Positions 15,539 through 15,726 of a stretch of 15,726 nt of DNA are shown here, piece by piece (position 1 is the first letter of the stretch; the number at the start of each line of letters is the position of its first letter). The translations under genes and the position numbers were made by a program. The stretch spans positions 1 through 15,726 of the forward strand of contig JAHQXB010000131.1 in NCBI GenBank assembly GCA_029856435.1, read 5' to 3'. The DNA comes from Candidatus Jordarchaeia archaeon. GTDB taxonomy: Archaea > Asgardarchaeota > Jordiarchaeia > Jordiarchaeales > Jordiarchaeaceae. Under the pieces are notes generated by a model, which saw only the letters and a list, made by a program, of their open reading frames with translations, ran no database searches and was not told where the DNA came from.

Positions 15539-15726
15539 TTCTGACCCAGCGTTAACCTTGCGTAACTTTGGTTTTTCAAGTTTCATGGGGAGACCGGTTC
15601 GCGCCCGGGCGATAGATTCGCAAAATCTCTTGTTTTTGGGCCCTTTTTTGGCTCTTCTCAAAACTGTTTCTCACCACTTAAATGGGATGGAAACATTAAA
15701 AATTGAGGAAAAACACCGATAAAACC
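15539..15726. mobile_element. Second copy of the MITE-like repeat with outer segment, truncated by the window edge
   Basis: 15608-15726 matches 1272-1390 at 114/119; 15539-15607 is the inverted homolog of 1451-1516. Confidence 0.75.

Noticed and set aside
1-15726. CRISPR array, tRNA, rRNA, integrase or intact transposase
   Set aside because: No regularly spaced direct repeats, cloverleaf or rRNA signatures, or DDE/HUH/tyrosine-recombinase motifs were seen.

Overview
Archaeal genomic window (BRE/TATA promoters, GGTGA/GGAGG RBS, single-OB crenarchaeal-type SSB; an Asgard or Bathyarchaeia-like anaerobic heterotroph is plausible but only inferred). Eleven apparently intact CDSs: a 3'-truncated old-yellow-enzyme flavin oxidoreductase, a ferredoxin-fused radical SAM protein, SSB, a Cys-rich ArsR-type regulator divergent from an Fe-S protein / DUF169 / DUF3795 cluster, a V4R-like hypothetical, a Cys/Met PLP enzyme and two tandem acyl-CoA ligases. 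Many intergenic gaps hold decayed material that the ORF track misses: a DUF2281/MazF toxin-antitoxin pair, a DUF6125-like gene, a UPF0175-like antitoxin, an N-terminal stub of an Fe-S gene paralog, two copies of a MITE-like repeat and two solo IS200/IS605-type end hairpins. The strongest leads are (1) a 46-bp palindromic bidirectional promoter/operator present twice (45/46 identical), linking the regulator to the Fe-S/DUF genes, (2) a roughly 95-nt multibranch RNA-like structure between the ligases, and (3) the nested or long-TIR architecture of the repeat. Family names come from remembered motifs, not database searches. No CRISPR array, tRNA or rRNA was found.
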